A stretch of 63,690 nt of DNA, the filler included, from Octopus bimaculoides (Eukaryota), in NCBI RefSeq assembly GCF_001194135.2. It is 5 parts of 4 records of this genome, joined end to end, with 100 filler letters (N's around TTAATTAATTAA, not from the genome) between each part and the next. Parts side by side here need not be neighbours in the genome. Positions count along the whole stretch, not along the records: positions 1 to 28,131 come from NC_068990.1; positions 28,232 to 33,069 come from NC_068982.1; positions 33,170 to 37,728 come from NC_068981.1; positions 37,829 to 54,173 come from NC_068982.1; 1 more part is not named here. One strand, 5' to 3'. Every line of letters starts with the position of its first letter. Position 1 is the stretch's first letter. The position numbers and the translations under genes were made by a program. This document shows positions 25,859 to 39,188 of this stretch, in pieces. Under the pieces are notes generated by a model. That model was not told where the DNA came from. It did not search any database and saw nothing but the letters and a program-made list of their open reading frames with translations.

Positions 25859-28131
25859 NNNNNNNNNNNNNNNNNNNNNNNNNNNNNNNNNNNNNNNNNN
25901 NNNNNNNNNNNNNNNNNNNNNNNNNNNNNNNNNNNNNNNNNNNNNNNNNNNNNNNNNNNNNNNNNNNNNNNNNNNNNNNNNNNNNNNNNNNNNNNNNNNN
26001 NNNNNNNNNNNNNNNNNNNNNNNNNNNNNNNNNNNNNNNNNNNNNNNNNNNNNNNNNNNNNNNNNNNNNNNNNNNNNNNNNNNNNNNNNNNNNNNNNNNN
26101 NNNNNNNNNNNNNNNNNNNNNNNNNNNNNNNNNNNNNNNNNNNNNNNNNNNNNNNNNNNNNNNNNNNNNNNNNNNNNNNNNNNNNNNNNNNNNNNNNNNN
26201 NNNNNNNNNNNNNNNNNNNNNNNNNNNNNNNNNNNNNNNNNNNNNNNNNNNNNNNNNNNNNNNNNNNNNNNNNNNNNNNNNNNNNNNNNNNNNNNNNNNN
26301 NNNNNNNNNNNNNNNNNNNNNNNNNNNNNNNNNNNNNNNNNNNNNNNNNNNNNNNNNNNNNNNNNNNNNNNNNNNNNNNNNNNNNNNNNNNNNNNNNNNN
26401 NNNNNNNNNNNNNNNNNNNNNNNNNNNNNNNNNNNNNNNNNNNNNNNNNNNNNNNNNNNNNNNNNNNNNNNNNNNNNNNNNNNNNNNNNNNNNNNNNNNN
26501 NNNNNNNNNNNNNNNNNNNNNNNNNNNNNNNNNNNNNNNNNNNNNNNNNNNNNNNNNNNNNNNNNNNNNNNNNNNNNNNNNNNNNNNNNNNNNNNNNNNN
26601 NNNNNNNNNNNNNNNNNNNNNNNNNNNNNNNNNNNNNNNNNNNNNNNNNNNNNNNNNNNNNNNNNNNNNNNNNNNNNNNNNNNNNNNNNNNNNNNNNNNN
26701 NNNNNNNNNNNNNNNNNNNNNNNNNNNNNNNNNNNNNTATATATATATATATATCAGCAGTGTTAAGTCATAAGTGAACATTCAAAAATATGTTTGTGAC
26801 ATATTTCAACTTCTAAAGACAAATTCACTGTAGTTACCTTGGAGAAAAATCTCTCTCTTATGGTAAAACTAACTTAAAAGCTGCATTCCGTGAACATTTC
26901 AAAGTTAGCTCCTGCGGATGGCTAATTAGGCCTGAGGCTCAAAACTAGAGAGGGCTAAATAGCATGACTATAATACGTCTATAATGACTATATGCACCGG
27001 CGGTGTTCGATCAGAGGTTAAGGACGGATGAGAATTAATTCTATAATGCAATCATTCCATTGTTCTTGTCCCAATAAGAATTCCGACTGTCGACTAATTT
27101 GTCCCAAATTTCTTGCCTTGACGTAAAATTGACGAGACAAATATCAGTTATCTCCCCCTTGATCTCTGATGTCATCTGGCAAACGCCAACCAAGATGGCG
27201 TGAACCAGCCTGGCTTTGCCTGTTAGAAATAGCAACTCAGATGCTGTTAAATCAGATTCCGATGCTGGATGTTCAAGAATCAAATGAAGGGCAGATTTTC
27301 AATCCCGGTATCACGCTCATTCCATAAAGATATAACATGTCTATGTTGAGAAAATGTAGACTGAGATACAAAGATCCGGGACAGACAGAATTTCGCATTT
27401 ATAGAAGTGCAAAAACACCATTACTGACAAAGCACTAGTGCTGCCTCCTGTCAGATTCCCAGGTACATTTTTAGGTATTTAGCCGTTATCAATGAGAAAT
27501 GCCGAAGAGACGTAACTCTGGATAGACTTAATTAAAGCCGTGGCCTATACTAAAACAGGTAGCGCCATTAGACTGCAAAGCCAGGAAAACTACAGCAGTA
27601 TCAGCGCCAAGCAGTCGTTAGGCATAAGCGAACTTGAGGCTAGTTAAAATATGTTTGTGACCTATTTCAACTCCTAAAGACAAATCCACTGGAGTAACCG
27701 TGACGAAAATGTTTTCTCTGATGGTAAAATGGTGTAAAATACCATATCTGTCTACTGCCTTCCCACCCCAACACCTGTCGTATTCCCAGATGCGTTTCTA
27801 TCTCTTTAGCTGTTATCAATGGGAACTACCGAAGGGAGGCAAACAGATTTTAACTAACCTAAAATTTACTTATGCCTATGATACTCTCCCTTGATTCTGT
27901 ATTGATTTCTTTGATAAACAGGTGTAATCCGAAACGTTAGATTCTCTTTCGTTTCTCTTGATTTGATGCATATATTTTTAATGTACAGACTGTGTGATTG
28001 TTCTCTTCATTACATTTTCTACATTACTTTCTGCCAAGCGTTTTATTCGTCTAGCTACAATTTTTTAATTCATCTTATCATGTTTCTCTCTAAATTTCCG
28101 TTTTATTTTCTTTCTGTTTTCACTTTATATA

Positions 28132-28231
28132 NNNNNNNNNNNNNNNNNNNNNNNNNNNNNNNNNNNNNNNNNNNNTTAATTAATTAANNNNNNNNNNNNN
28201 NNNNNNNNNNNNNNNNNNNNNNNNNNNNNNN
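28132..28231. other. Artificial join spacer N44-TTAATTAATTAA-N44
   Basis: Identical 100-bp structure occurs four times; the 12-mer has stops in all six frames. Confidence 0.9.
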
Positions 28232-28897
28232 CATGATTCAATCACAAAACATTTTATTGACTGCAACATAGTTATCTTAATGTTTTTTAACGTTTCTGTT
28301 TATATTCTGTATAACAACAGAAGTGGGCCGCCAACTTTCTGAAAAATGGATATTTGAAAATTATATATATAATTGACACTTTGTTGACAACAAACAAAAG
28401 ACTCCCATTTTCTTAGGATACGAGGTAACTCGAAAAGCACATTTCTGATTTCTCGAAATTATCTTCTCACCATCCTTTTGAGAATGTTTAAAAAATTTGT
28501 GTCTCGCGTCTCATACTTTCAAGGGAAATCTCGAAAAAAAAAAAAAATGAACACTTTTTCTCTACATTATTGAGCAAACCAACCTTGAACATAATTAATT
28601 GACCCTTCCATTTTATTTCTTTCACATACACACGCAAGGAAAAGTACATACACGCAAACACATACATACATACATACATACATACATGCATACATACATA
28701 CATACATACATACATACACGCACATACACATATACATACATAGATACATACATACATACGCACGTACGTACGCACACACACACTGCACACTTACAAGAAT
28801 ATAGTGCCTAACATTGGTCACAAACACTCCAACACGACAGAATTGCTTTAGTCGTCCCAAGATACAATCTCAAATTTGTCAAGAACTTAAAACCCCG

Positions 28898-28928
<31 letters not shown>

Positions 28929-29792
28929 NNNNNNNNNNNNNNNNNNNNNNNNNNNNNNNNNNNNNNNNNNNNNNNNNNNNNNNNNNNNNNNNNNNNNNNN
29001 NNNNNNNNNNNNNNNNNNNNNNNNNNNNNNNNNNNNNNNNNNNNNNNNNNNNNNNNNNNNNNNNNNNNNNNNNNNNNNNNNNNNNNNNNNNNNNNNNNNN
29101 NNNNNNNNNNNNNNNNNNNNNNNNNNNNNNNNNNNNNNNNNNNNNNNNNNNNNNNNNNNNNNNNNNNNNNNNNNNNNNNNNNNNNNNNNNNNNNNNNNNN
29201 NNNNNNNNNNNNNNNNNNNNNNNNNNNNNNNNNNNNNNNNNNNNNNNNNNNNNNNNNNNNNNNNNNNNNNNNNNNNNNNNNNNNNNNNNNNNNNNNNNNN
29301 NNNNNNNNNNNNNNNNNNNNNNNNNNNNNNNNNNNNNNNNNNNNNNNNNNNNNNNNNNNNNNNNNNNNNNNNNNNNNNNNNNNNNNNNNNNNNNNNNNNN
29401 NNNNNNNNNNNNNNNNNNNNNNNNNNNNNNNNNNNNNNNNNNNNNNNNNNNNNNNNNNNNNNNNNNNNNNNNNNNNNNNNNNNNNNNNNNNNNNNNNNNN
29501 NNNNNNNNNNNNNNNNNNNNNNNNNNNNNNNNNNNNNNNNNNNNNNNNNNNNNNNNNNNNNNNNNNNNNNNNNNNNNNNNNNNNNNNNNNNNNNNNNNNN
29601 NNNNNNNNNNNNNNNNNNNNNNNNNNNNNNNNNNNNNAGTAGCTGCTTGTAACCACTTTCAGCTAAGACTTGATCATCATGAAATGAAGTATCTTGCTGA
29701 AGGACACAGTGTGTCCATAATATCACGATCGTTAGTTCAATACCTTAACTATTACATCACGTGTCACCTCATACAAAGACACGCAAACGTGT

Positions 29793-29832
<40 letters not shown>

Positions 29833-32258
29833 CAGACACACACATACACATTGTCTATCACTCTGTCTGTCTGTCTCTCTCTTACACACGCACACATATA
29901 CGTGCGCGCGCGCATACTCTAATTAGCTGAGATTTCTGTGTAGACTTCCTGTTTTCACAACGAGTATGTTGAAGCCAACTGACGTCATTTCCGCCTGAAC
30001 GAAACTTCTATAGAGTCTTAGTGGAAGCGATGTCGCTAAAGTTTCAAATGTGCGAGCTCCATCCATCCATCCATCCATCCATCCATAAATGCATACATAC
30101 ATGTCTACATATATACATATATACATACAAACATATGTTGAAGCGTGCACATAATATTTACATATAACATTTTTCTTTGCTATTCTCTTACTTGTTATAG
30201 TCGGCCATGCTGGGGCAACGCATTGGAAGGTGTAGTCAAACAATTTGATTACAGTATATATTTATGTCTGGTACATATTCTGTCGAGTTCCTTTTGACGA
30301 AACGCTGTGTTATGGCAATCCAAACAAACCGGCATCGGTTATCAAGTAGAAAGAGAGAAACGAATAATTATGCACACGCATACATACATACATACATACA
30401 TACATACATACATACACACGTACATGCATACATACATACATACATACATACATACATACACACATACACGCACACGCACACACACACACACGCACACACA
30501 TACACACACACACACAGAGGGGAGTTGGTTTTAGAGGTTGAAAATGTACCTGATTCTTAAAAGCTTGTTTTTGAGGGACAGAATGATGGTACACAAGCAA
30601 CAGATTCGGGACCGCACAACTAGGAAAATTCCCGGAAGTGAACCCCTAGTAAACACTTAAAATGCCAAATTTTTCCTCTGCACCAGAAACATTTCAATCC
30701 AATCCCAATGGAATAAGGAAAATATGATTATTAAGGAATATAAACCCCAAGAAAATACTCTATAACATACCAGAAAGAGAAAACTCAGATTATTCGGAAA
30801 AAAAAAAAAACGATTAGAAACAACAGACATAAATCAAAGAGGTGACTGGTTGCCTCCGAGATTCGAAACCCTAACTCCAAACTGCTGTACAATAACACTT
30901 TGGACATTCTCAAACACCGAATGCTGATGTTACCCTCGACCTAACCAATTTGATTTTTTCTTTTGTAAAAACCGGACCTTCAGGAAAGAAAAATAAACAT
31001 TGAGCTGACCGAGACCCGTGACTTCTTAATGGGACCAACCAACCTGGACGCTGGACGACCGTCAGACAAAAACAAGTTATCAAGACCTTTCACAAAAATA
31101 GATGACATATGCAGAAAATCAACCAGACATAGCACTGATCTCTACTAGCTAAAAACAAGTGAGCAAAACAGTCGATAAACAAATGACGTCACCAGGACGT
31201 CAACCAACCAGAACGCTGGATTTCTGTGAAAGCAAAATAAGTAACAGAAACATCCGAAAAACAAGACATATTCAAGCAGTCAAACAGCCAAAATACTAGA
31301 CGCGCACGCAGGCAAAAAGATGTGACGTTGTTAAAGTTACAGCCACTAAGAACTGGAGCCTTCACCTTAAAAACTATTATATATGAAGCAATTTTAGCTT
31401 GAAACAGTTCAAGCTCTCATCAGCAAAACCAGCGACGATGAATCCTCCTTCATGCACTACGACAGAAATTGTAAAAATATATTTTTCGTTATTTTCTTTA
31501 TTTCTTGTTCTTCAAAAACTTCATCAACTTTCAGTCATGTTTGATTATTATGAAATTCATCGAACATTTGAACTTGTATTACTGTCTATCTCTGCGAAAC
31601 TTATTGAATATTGAGATTTGTATGAACATTTAATCGCTAAGCGTGATTTACCGGAATTTCTTTTGTAATTTTCGTTCCCGAATTTTCTCTTCTAAGCGTT
31701 TTTTAAAAAGCATAAAATTGTCGAAACCGGTTTGGTATTTTAATAAATCTCTTAGAAAATTTTAAAACTACAATATTTTAAAACTCAGGTGCATTTCCAA
31801 CCCGACCAAACCAACTCTGCTATATTCTTTCCTGCGTGGAAATACACTTCTTTTCTCCAAATGAATTCCATCAACAAAATTCACAAGATATTGATCAGTT
31901 CGAGACTCGAGTAGAAAATATTTGCTGCAGATGGTACACGATGAGACTAAAACCGGAGAGATTAGACGTATATAGGTTAATGTGTATGTGTGTATAGAAT
32001 GCCAGTAACTTTCAAAATTTTTGAGATCTCTCATTCTCTCTCTAATATTGCTTAAGTTATATCTCTCTTTCCCCCTCTCTCTCCCTCTCTCTCTCTCCCT
32101 CTCCCCTCTCTCCCTCTCCCCCTCTCTCTCTCTCTCTCTATATATATATGTATATATATACGTTCATATATCCATACACGCACATTTATATATACATACA
32201 TATATACATAATATGTATGCATACACACACACATATATATGTATACATATATACACAC

Positions 32259-32307
<49 letters not shown>

Positions 32308-32785
32308 CACATATACACACATGCACACACACATGCACACACACACGCACAAACGCGCGAGCACATACACTCACATATGTACACTGGGATTTTGTGTGGG
32401 TATAAACGATTCTTTGACACAGTCTGGATTCAGTCCCACAACACCATATCTTGGGTGCAAATGTCTTACTCACTTACACGCGCACGCACGTGCACACACA
32501 CGCACGCAGCTATTCATATATCATGTTTATCATAAATGCATTGTGATAGGCAAAACTTATTGCAATGTTCGTCCGCGTGAAGAGAATATGCATATTTACC
32601 AGAGGGAGACGGAAACCGTGCCAACAGCGGTGAATGAAAACGTCAGACGTATTCCGGGCTAATTAGCATTATGAAAACCATATTCTCACTACCAGCATGC
32701 GAAGACAAATTTTGTCAACACATACATGTGCTTTGGAGAACTTTCCAAAATGCAGATACATGCCTAACAAGGACCGAAAGGAGAC

Positions 32786-32821
<36 letters not shown>

Positions 32822-33069
32822 ATATGAGTATATGCATATATATGTACATGTATGTACATACCTTCATCTACATGTATATATAGATACATATCTGGGTACA
32901 TGACGTTGCAAAAAGACATGGACAAAATGATAAACATGGTACAAAAAACACGCAGGCCACATAGAGAACATATCCTTCATCAGCTGCCACCATTAAAACA
33001 CTGGCGTTTCGAAGAGTTAGGGCAGGACGCATTGTTAAAATGGCTCTTCCCACGAACACAAATTAAATT

Positions 33070-33169
33070 NNNNNNNNNNNNNNNNNNNNNNNNNNNNNNN
33101 NNNNNNNNNNNNNTTAATTAATTAANNNNNNNNNNNNNNNNNNNNNNNNNNNNNNNNNNNNNNNNNNNN
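33070..33169. other. Artificial join spacer N44-TTAATTAATTAA-N44
   Basis: Same structure as 28132-28231. Confidence 0.9.
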
Positions 33170-33192
33170 TATATATATATATATATATATAT

Positions 33193-33348
33193 GACGGACT
33201 TCTTTCAGTTTCCATCTACCAATCCACTTACAAGGCTTTGGTCAGCCCAAAGCTATAGTAGAAGACACTTGCCGAAGGTGCCACGCAGTGGGACTGAACC
33301 TGGAACCATGTGATTGGTAATCAAGCTACTTACCACACAGCCACTCCT
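33193..33348 (-). mobile_element. SINE family A, 5' part
   Basis: Reverse head and core. Confidence 0.85.
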
Positions 33349-33349
33349 C

Positions 33350-34840
33350 ATAATATTGATAACCCTTTCATCATTACTAACCAGAACTTGAATAATGCAA
33401 CTAATAATTTAAACAATAATATAAGTGTAATTAATGATGATGCAAGGAAAATTTTAAATACCTCAGCAAGAAAATCCCAAAAAAGAAATGAAATGGATGA
33501 AGAAAAGAGAGAATTTCAGAGAGCAAGAAATCAAGAGTATCAAAGATGAAAATGAGAAAGACTCTTATTTCAAGGAAGGAATGAAATTAGAGAACACAGA
33601 TTGGCCCACCAAGTGTTGAGAGAAAATTCAACACTAGAAATATGAGAGGAAATTACAATTTCACACATTGTGGCAAGAAATTCTCAGCCTATGGAGAAGC
33701 AAGAAATTATTACTCAAGTAAGAACCAACCAAAGTTAAATGTCATAACTAATAGCTTAAGCAACAACAATAATATAAGTGTAATAAATAACGGTACAAAG
33801 AAAATTTTAAATGCCTCAGCAAGAAAACGCCAAAAGGGAAATGAAATGAGTGAAGAAGAGAGAATTTCAGAGAGCAAGAAATCAAGAGTATCAAAGACGA
33901 AGATAGGAAAGACTCTCAATTAAAAGAACACAGTGTTGTCCTCTCAACACCAAGTGTTGAGAGAAAATTTGACACTAGAAATAATAAGAGAGGAAATTAG
34001 AATTTTGCGCATGGTGGCAAGAAATTGTCACACCATGGAGGAAAGACTAAGATATGCTGAACAATGTACTTCTGTTAAATCATTTACAAATGCAACATTC
34101 GATTATGATCCAACTAAAAATTATGATAATCTATCAAATTTAGGAACAATGTCAGTAGTTTGTAAGCATTGGTGTGCAAAACTATTTCAGGATGAACCTA
34201 AAGAATTATGTTGTTCAAATGGTAAAGTTAGATTAAATTTGATTGAACGACAACCTGAACCTTTAAATGAATTAATGCTTGGGGGAAAATTGGGATTCCA
34301 AAAACTTTTTTTAAATTGTTAAAATAATATAATGAATTGTTTTCAATGACATCCTTTGGATTGGTGAATCAATATCTCTAGTGGGATTCATGCCAGTTTT
34401 CAAAATACAAAGTCAAATTTACCATAGAATAAATTCATTTTATAATACAGATGAAAATATTCCTAAATATGCACAAGTTAATTTTATTGATGATTTGAAT
34501 GACCAAATTAACATCAGAAATAATAGATTTCCTGCGACAATGTTACACATTACAAGAGATATTCAAGAGATACTTTTGGAAAATAATGAGCTTAATATTG
34601 GACAAATTAAAACTATGGCATCTTTGGTTAACAAACCTAATCTTAAATTGTCAATTTGTGCAGATAGAGACCAGCTGGTGAGCATGCACAAAGGTACAAT
34701 GACCAAGTATCTAACAATATTGGTTTAGTAATGGTTGGAACAGAATGTCCTCAACGAAACATAATTTTTACTTATAAAAATAATACTGTAAGGAAAATCA
34801 ATGAATTACATAGATCCTATGATCCATTACATTATCCCTT
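33350..34840 (+). mobile_element. Helitron RepHel N-terminal fragment, degenerate
   Basis: LGTMSVVCKHWCAKLFQDEPKELCCSNGKVRL (Zn-finger-like region), GFMPVFKIQSQIYHRI, PKYAQVNF, and SYDPLHYP at about 34810-34838. Confidence 0.85.
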
Positions 34841-34874
34841 TGGTGCATTGAAGAGGAAATGATGTCAGGAAATC

Positions 34875-35050
34875 GTGAAAGATTTGATAGATCAGTATTG
34901 ACTTTATGTTGAATTTTTTCAAGCATCAGTTGAGCTTGTTGCTATTTTGGCATTGGTTTGAGAATTGTGTATACACTTATTAGATTTGAACTCAAAAGAA
35001 GTTTTACTATTCAGAACATAGCAATGTTTAATTCAGTCTTGACAAGTTAT
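34875..35050 (+). pseudogene. Diverged duplicate of the dynein exon 3' end plus downstream intron
   Basis: Aligns by eye to 35785-35960 (gtgaaagatttgataga..., gcatcagttg, tattagatttgaactcaaaagaagtt); the GT donor is lost. Confidence 0.8.
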
Positions 35051-35594
35051 GGCAAGGATGTTTTATTTTCAGTCATACACAGGTTACATCTTATACCTCA
35101 TTCATTTGTGTTGAGTTGTTGATATCACTGCCTCCTAGATGCCAGATGTATTTCAGCAACAATATGGAGTTCTTTATGCATCTGTTTCTAAGCATGTATG
35201 GGTTTTACATGAAGAGGTGTTTTATTTATACCTGTGTGTTGTCGACATCATATACCACTTATGCATAATGATGTGTGTGTATGTGTTACCTCTTTTTGCA
35301 GTCAGTTACTGAAATGTAAATAATATTTAAAGAAGTAAAAATTTTGTGTTTCTGTTGTAATTAATGCAAGTATCATCATTATTTTGTTTGGAATAAAATA
35401 TTTATGCAGAATTATGATGATCTTCATACAACAATTTGATTACTAACTGAGTTCTTTATTTCTAATTCATTTTCCTCCTGTAAATCAGTGTAAGAATTAT
35501 TTTACTATTCTGTTAACATTTTTCACTATCATGTGAATGTTTCTCAAGAACATTATTATTTAGTAATCCAACTTCAATTAATTTTCTTGTTTAG

Positions 35595-35819
35595 GCTCAG
35601 TTGCAGAATATGTTAACTTCAAAATATATTGATTTCTTCCAAACTGAAGTATCAAACTGGCAGAAGAAATTATCAAACACTGATCAAATAATTCACATTT
35701 GGATGGAAGTGCAGCGAACCTGGTCTCATCTTGAGAGCATCTTTACGGAATCTGAAGATATTCGTCGCCAATTACCAGAGGATTGTGAAAGATTTGATAG
35801 AATTAATGTTGATTTTAAG
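35595..35819 (+). CDS. DNAH9/DNAH17-like: Internal exon (75 codons) of an axonemal dynein heavy chain, outer-arm beta type, linker (DHC_N2) region
   Basis: AG acceptor at 35593-35594 after a pyrimidine tract, GT donor at 35820, phase 0 at both ends. AQLQNMLTSKYIDFFQTEVSNWQKKLSNTDQIIHIWMEVQRTWSHLESIFTESEDIRRQLPEDCERFDRINVDFK matches the WxEVQRTWSHLESIF..SEDIR.QLP signature of the DNAH9/11/17 group. Confidence 0.92.
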
Positions 35820-36091
35820 GTAAATTCTTTTCCGGCATCAGTTGTGCTTACTGTTATCTTGGGATTTGTTTTGAGAATTGTGCATACATCTATTAGATTT
35901 GAACTCAAAAGAAGTTCTATTATTTATTGCTAATAGAGCATAGTAAAGTCTTGGCAAGTTTTAACTAAGAAATATAATTTGGTTTAATTCTATAATTTAC
36001 TTTATTCAATTTTTTGGTTATACCTGTACAATGCTACCCTATCAAAAACAAAAAAAAATTGAAGCAATAAGAGTTAAGAACACTGATGACA

Positions 36092-36137
<46 letters not shown>

Positions 36138-37654
36138 ATTGATAATCCATATTCTAAGAGATTAATATATTATCTTATTGACTCTTTCATTGTTTTGGGG
36201 TTGATAAGATAAGTACCAGTTGAGCTCTGGAGTCGTTGTAACCAACTTAGTCCTTTCCCCGGAACTGTGCCAAAATTTGAAACCAATATATTATCTAATT
36301 GACCCATGAGACAGTTAACATTCATTTAACTTCTTAATTTAGTATAGATATGTAGTTAGCAAAGATAGTTTTCTTCATATTTTATGCATCATTACTCCGA
36401 TGATTTTAGTTATACAGTGTTTCTGGTTATGTTTTTATGATAGCTTAATTAGTCAGCCAAGTTAGATTTTCTGTTGCATCTCTATGTTCAAATATTTTGG
36501 AGTTAATTTTAACACTATGTAGAGAGTGTGTACACACACACACACAGATTGATACACCTTTGTTAGTAAATGGAAACTAATATGCTAAATCACCTGTTTT
36601 TTAATTGCCAATGCCTATAAACAGGAATCTATGTAATTGCTTTTAACAGTTCAGTAATTAACTGATAAAAGCAATATCTTTTAATAAACTGAAAAGTTTT
36701 TTGATTGATAATGAAAATTTGTCAGTGGATTAATTGGATTGTAAAACAGATGAGTTTTTCCTGGTGAAGTTCATATGACACTCTAACTAGAGTTATGACC
36801 ACAATGAAGTTACTTAGAAATGACTCACTTGCAACTAAATGTTTTGTTGAATTTGTTTGCTCTTCAGTTTCAATTAGCCATACCTAAATATATATCAACA
36901 AGTATATGTTGATAGATGGATAACTAACTGGCTCCTGGATTCCCTTTAAACATACTTATTGTTAGGAATTTAGAAACCAACATTGTGTTAAGATATGTTA
37001 GTATGTTATTTGCATTTGCTGTGAATATAGATCTATATACTGTGCTCTTTAAATAATGAAGGGAAATTCACTTATGCAAAAGAATTTTGCGCTCGAGACA
37101 GTATTGGCTAAGTGAAATTGTTTGAGCTGAAATAGATCTCAGTTCTCCTTTTGAATTCAAACACCCTGGAATCCACTTGAATGAAAAACAAAGGGAATCT
37201 ACAGTGTACACCTTCCAAAATTGAATTCATAGTTCATCCAAGAAGGGTTTTGCAACAAGATCTTTATGTGTATGAGAGTTATCCAGTTTTCAAATCACTG
37301 CCATTACTTGCGTAATACTCCATCCTCTCTCTCTCTTGTTATGTCTCACTTCAGATGTCTCTCTCATTTATTTCTCTCTAATGCACTTTTATAGAGACAG
37401 GAAAAAGAAAAACTGAGATTGCTGTTACACAAATGTACTGCTGCTATTATCTGCATCATCATCATCCATTTCTCTCTATTTATAGCTTTCTTCCTTCATG
37501 TGTGTCTTTCATTTTCTATCTCACTCTTCTCACTGAATAATATTCCAGATTGAGAGAGAGAAAGAGAAAGAGTAATGAGAGACTGAGGAAAGAAGAAAAC
37601 AATGTTTCATGTCACACAAACATATCACTGTCATCATTGCTGTCATCATTCTCT

Positions 37655-37728
<74 letters not shown>

Positions 37729-37828
37729 NNNNNNNNNNNNNNNNNNNNNNNNNNNNNNNNNNNNNNNNNNNNTTAATTAATTAANNNNNNNNNNNNNNNN
37801 NNNNNNNNNNNNNNNNNNNNNNNNNNNN
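37729..37828. other. Artificial join spacer N44-TTAATTAATTAA-N44
   Basis: Same structure as 28132-28231. Confidence 0.9.
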
Positions 37829-38001
37829 ATTCAATTTAGTCTGTTCTAAGATATATAAATCCTGATACGTAATTTTTGTTACATATTTCCCTGGTGAGAT
37901 TCTTAACCATAAACATATTTTTTTATAAATTTATTATTGGGTCTGAACTGAAACAATAGTAGGTTCATAATATTTATATTTACATGACATTATATCATAT
38001 G

Positions 38002-38082
<81 letters not shown>

Positions 38083-38092
38083 GTCAAGTCGA

Positions 38093-39089
38093 AGAGCGCG
38101 ATTCAGTTGTAATATTTTATTGGTTGACTGATATTTCAACAGTAAGTCTGTCGTTTCTAGTTCAAAATAAGAAGTGATACAAATTCAAAATTATAGAAAT
38201 TTAAACGGAAAGTATGAACGAGTTCAACCAGCATCCACACGTTAATGGAATGACATCATCAGTTTCTGAGTTTCAATTTTAAAACAGGCAAAAAGAAAAG
38301 TACAGAAAAATGAGAGTTAGACTGAAATAACTTGCCCGAGAAAAACTATCACACTAGAAAATAAGTCAGTCATAAATTTATCTAAACTAAAACTTTCGCC
38401 CGAAAATGTCTCAGTCTTAGAGCTTGGACTGAGTTTCTGCCCAAGCACTAAGAATTTCGACAAGAATAAAGTAGCTGAAGGGCTATTTCTTTTTGTCCGC
38501 CATCACAAGTTGAAAGAATATTAAAAAAAAAAAAAAAACTGTTAACGAGGAGTCAGAAAACTCTATGCTCAATCAGGAATCATAACAGAAATGTTATGCT
38601 TTATACAGAAGGAGGGACACTTAGAGATTTCCATTTGGTGTACGCTGCAGAGTGCACGAAGCACAACTTGATTTATGCTGGTTGTACAACAGAACAATTA
38701 AACAAAAGGTTTAATGGGCATAGATTCGACGTTAGACACAATGACAGTAGTTCGACAGAACTTGCCGAACATTTCGGTTCAAGCGGGTGCAGTTTTGAAG
38801 AAGACTTGAAAGTGCATATCCTCAGAAAATATTCTGAACCGCTTTTTTTCTGTTTTTCTTTACTGTCTCCTTTTCTTCTATTTTTTTATTCCGTCTGTTA
38901 TAAAATTGAAACATAAAGACCGATGATGTCATTCCATTAACGTGTGGTCACTGTTTGCTCTCGTTCATACTATAAATATGAATTTCTATAATTTTGAATT
39001 GTTATCACTTATTTTGAACTTCACAAATACTTACTGTTGAAATATCGTTCAACCAATAAAATATCAATTACAATCAAATCGCGCTCTTC
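38093..39089 (+). mobile_element. Internally deleted Penelope-like element: N-terminal piece plus GIY-YIG endonuclease between inverted repeats of about 200 bp
   Basis: SVINLSKLKLSPENVSVLELGLSFCPS (from 38366); LVYAAECTKHNLIYAGCTTEQLNKRFNGHR...ELAEHF (GIY-YIG); 38093-38310 is an imperfect reverse complement of 38875-39089; no RT motifs present. Confidence 0.82.
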
Positions 39090-39143
39090 TTCTTAACTGT
39101 TTACCTTTGTGAAGAGTTACGTCAATCCTTCTTAAATTATTAA

Positions 39144-39188
<45 letters not shown>

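Noticed and set aside
32021-32662. 213-aa ORF and similar YIYI, HTHT and CVCV ORFs
   Set aside because: They arise from dinucleotide repeats that lack stop codons.
32965-33055. GAAAC and CUGAUGA boxes on the minus strand
   Set aside because: They are in type II order, but no acceptable stem I or cleavage triplet can be built between them.
243-34840. One Helitron split into two halves
   Set aside because: The fragments are on opposite strands and on different joined pieces, so nothing links them.
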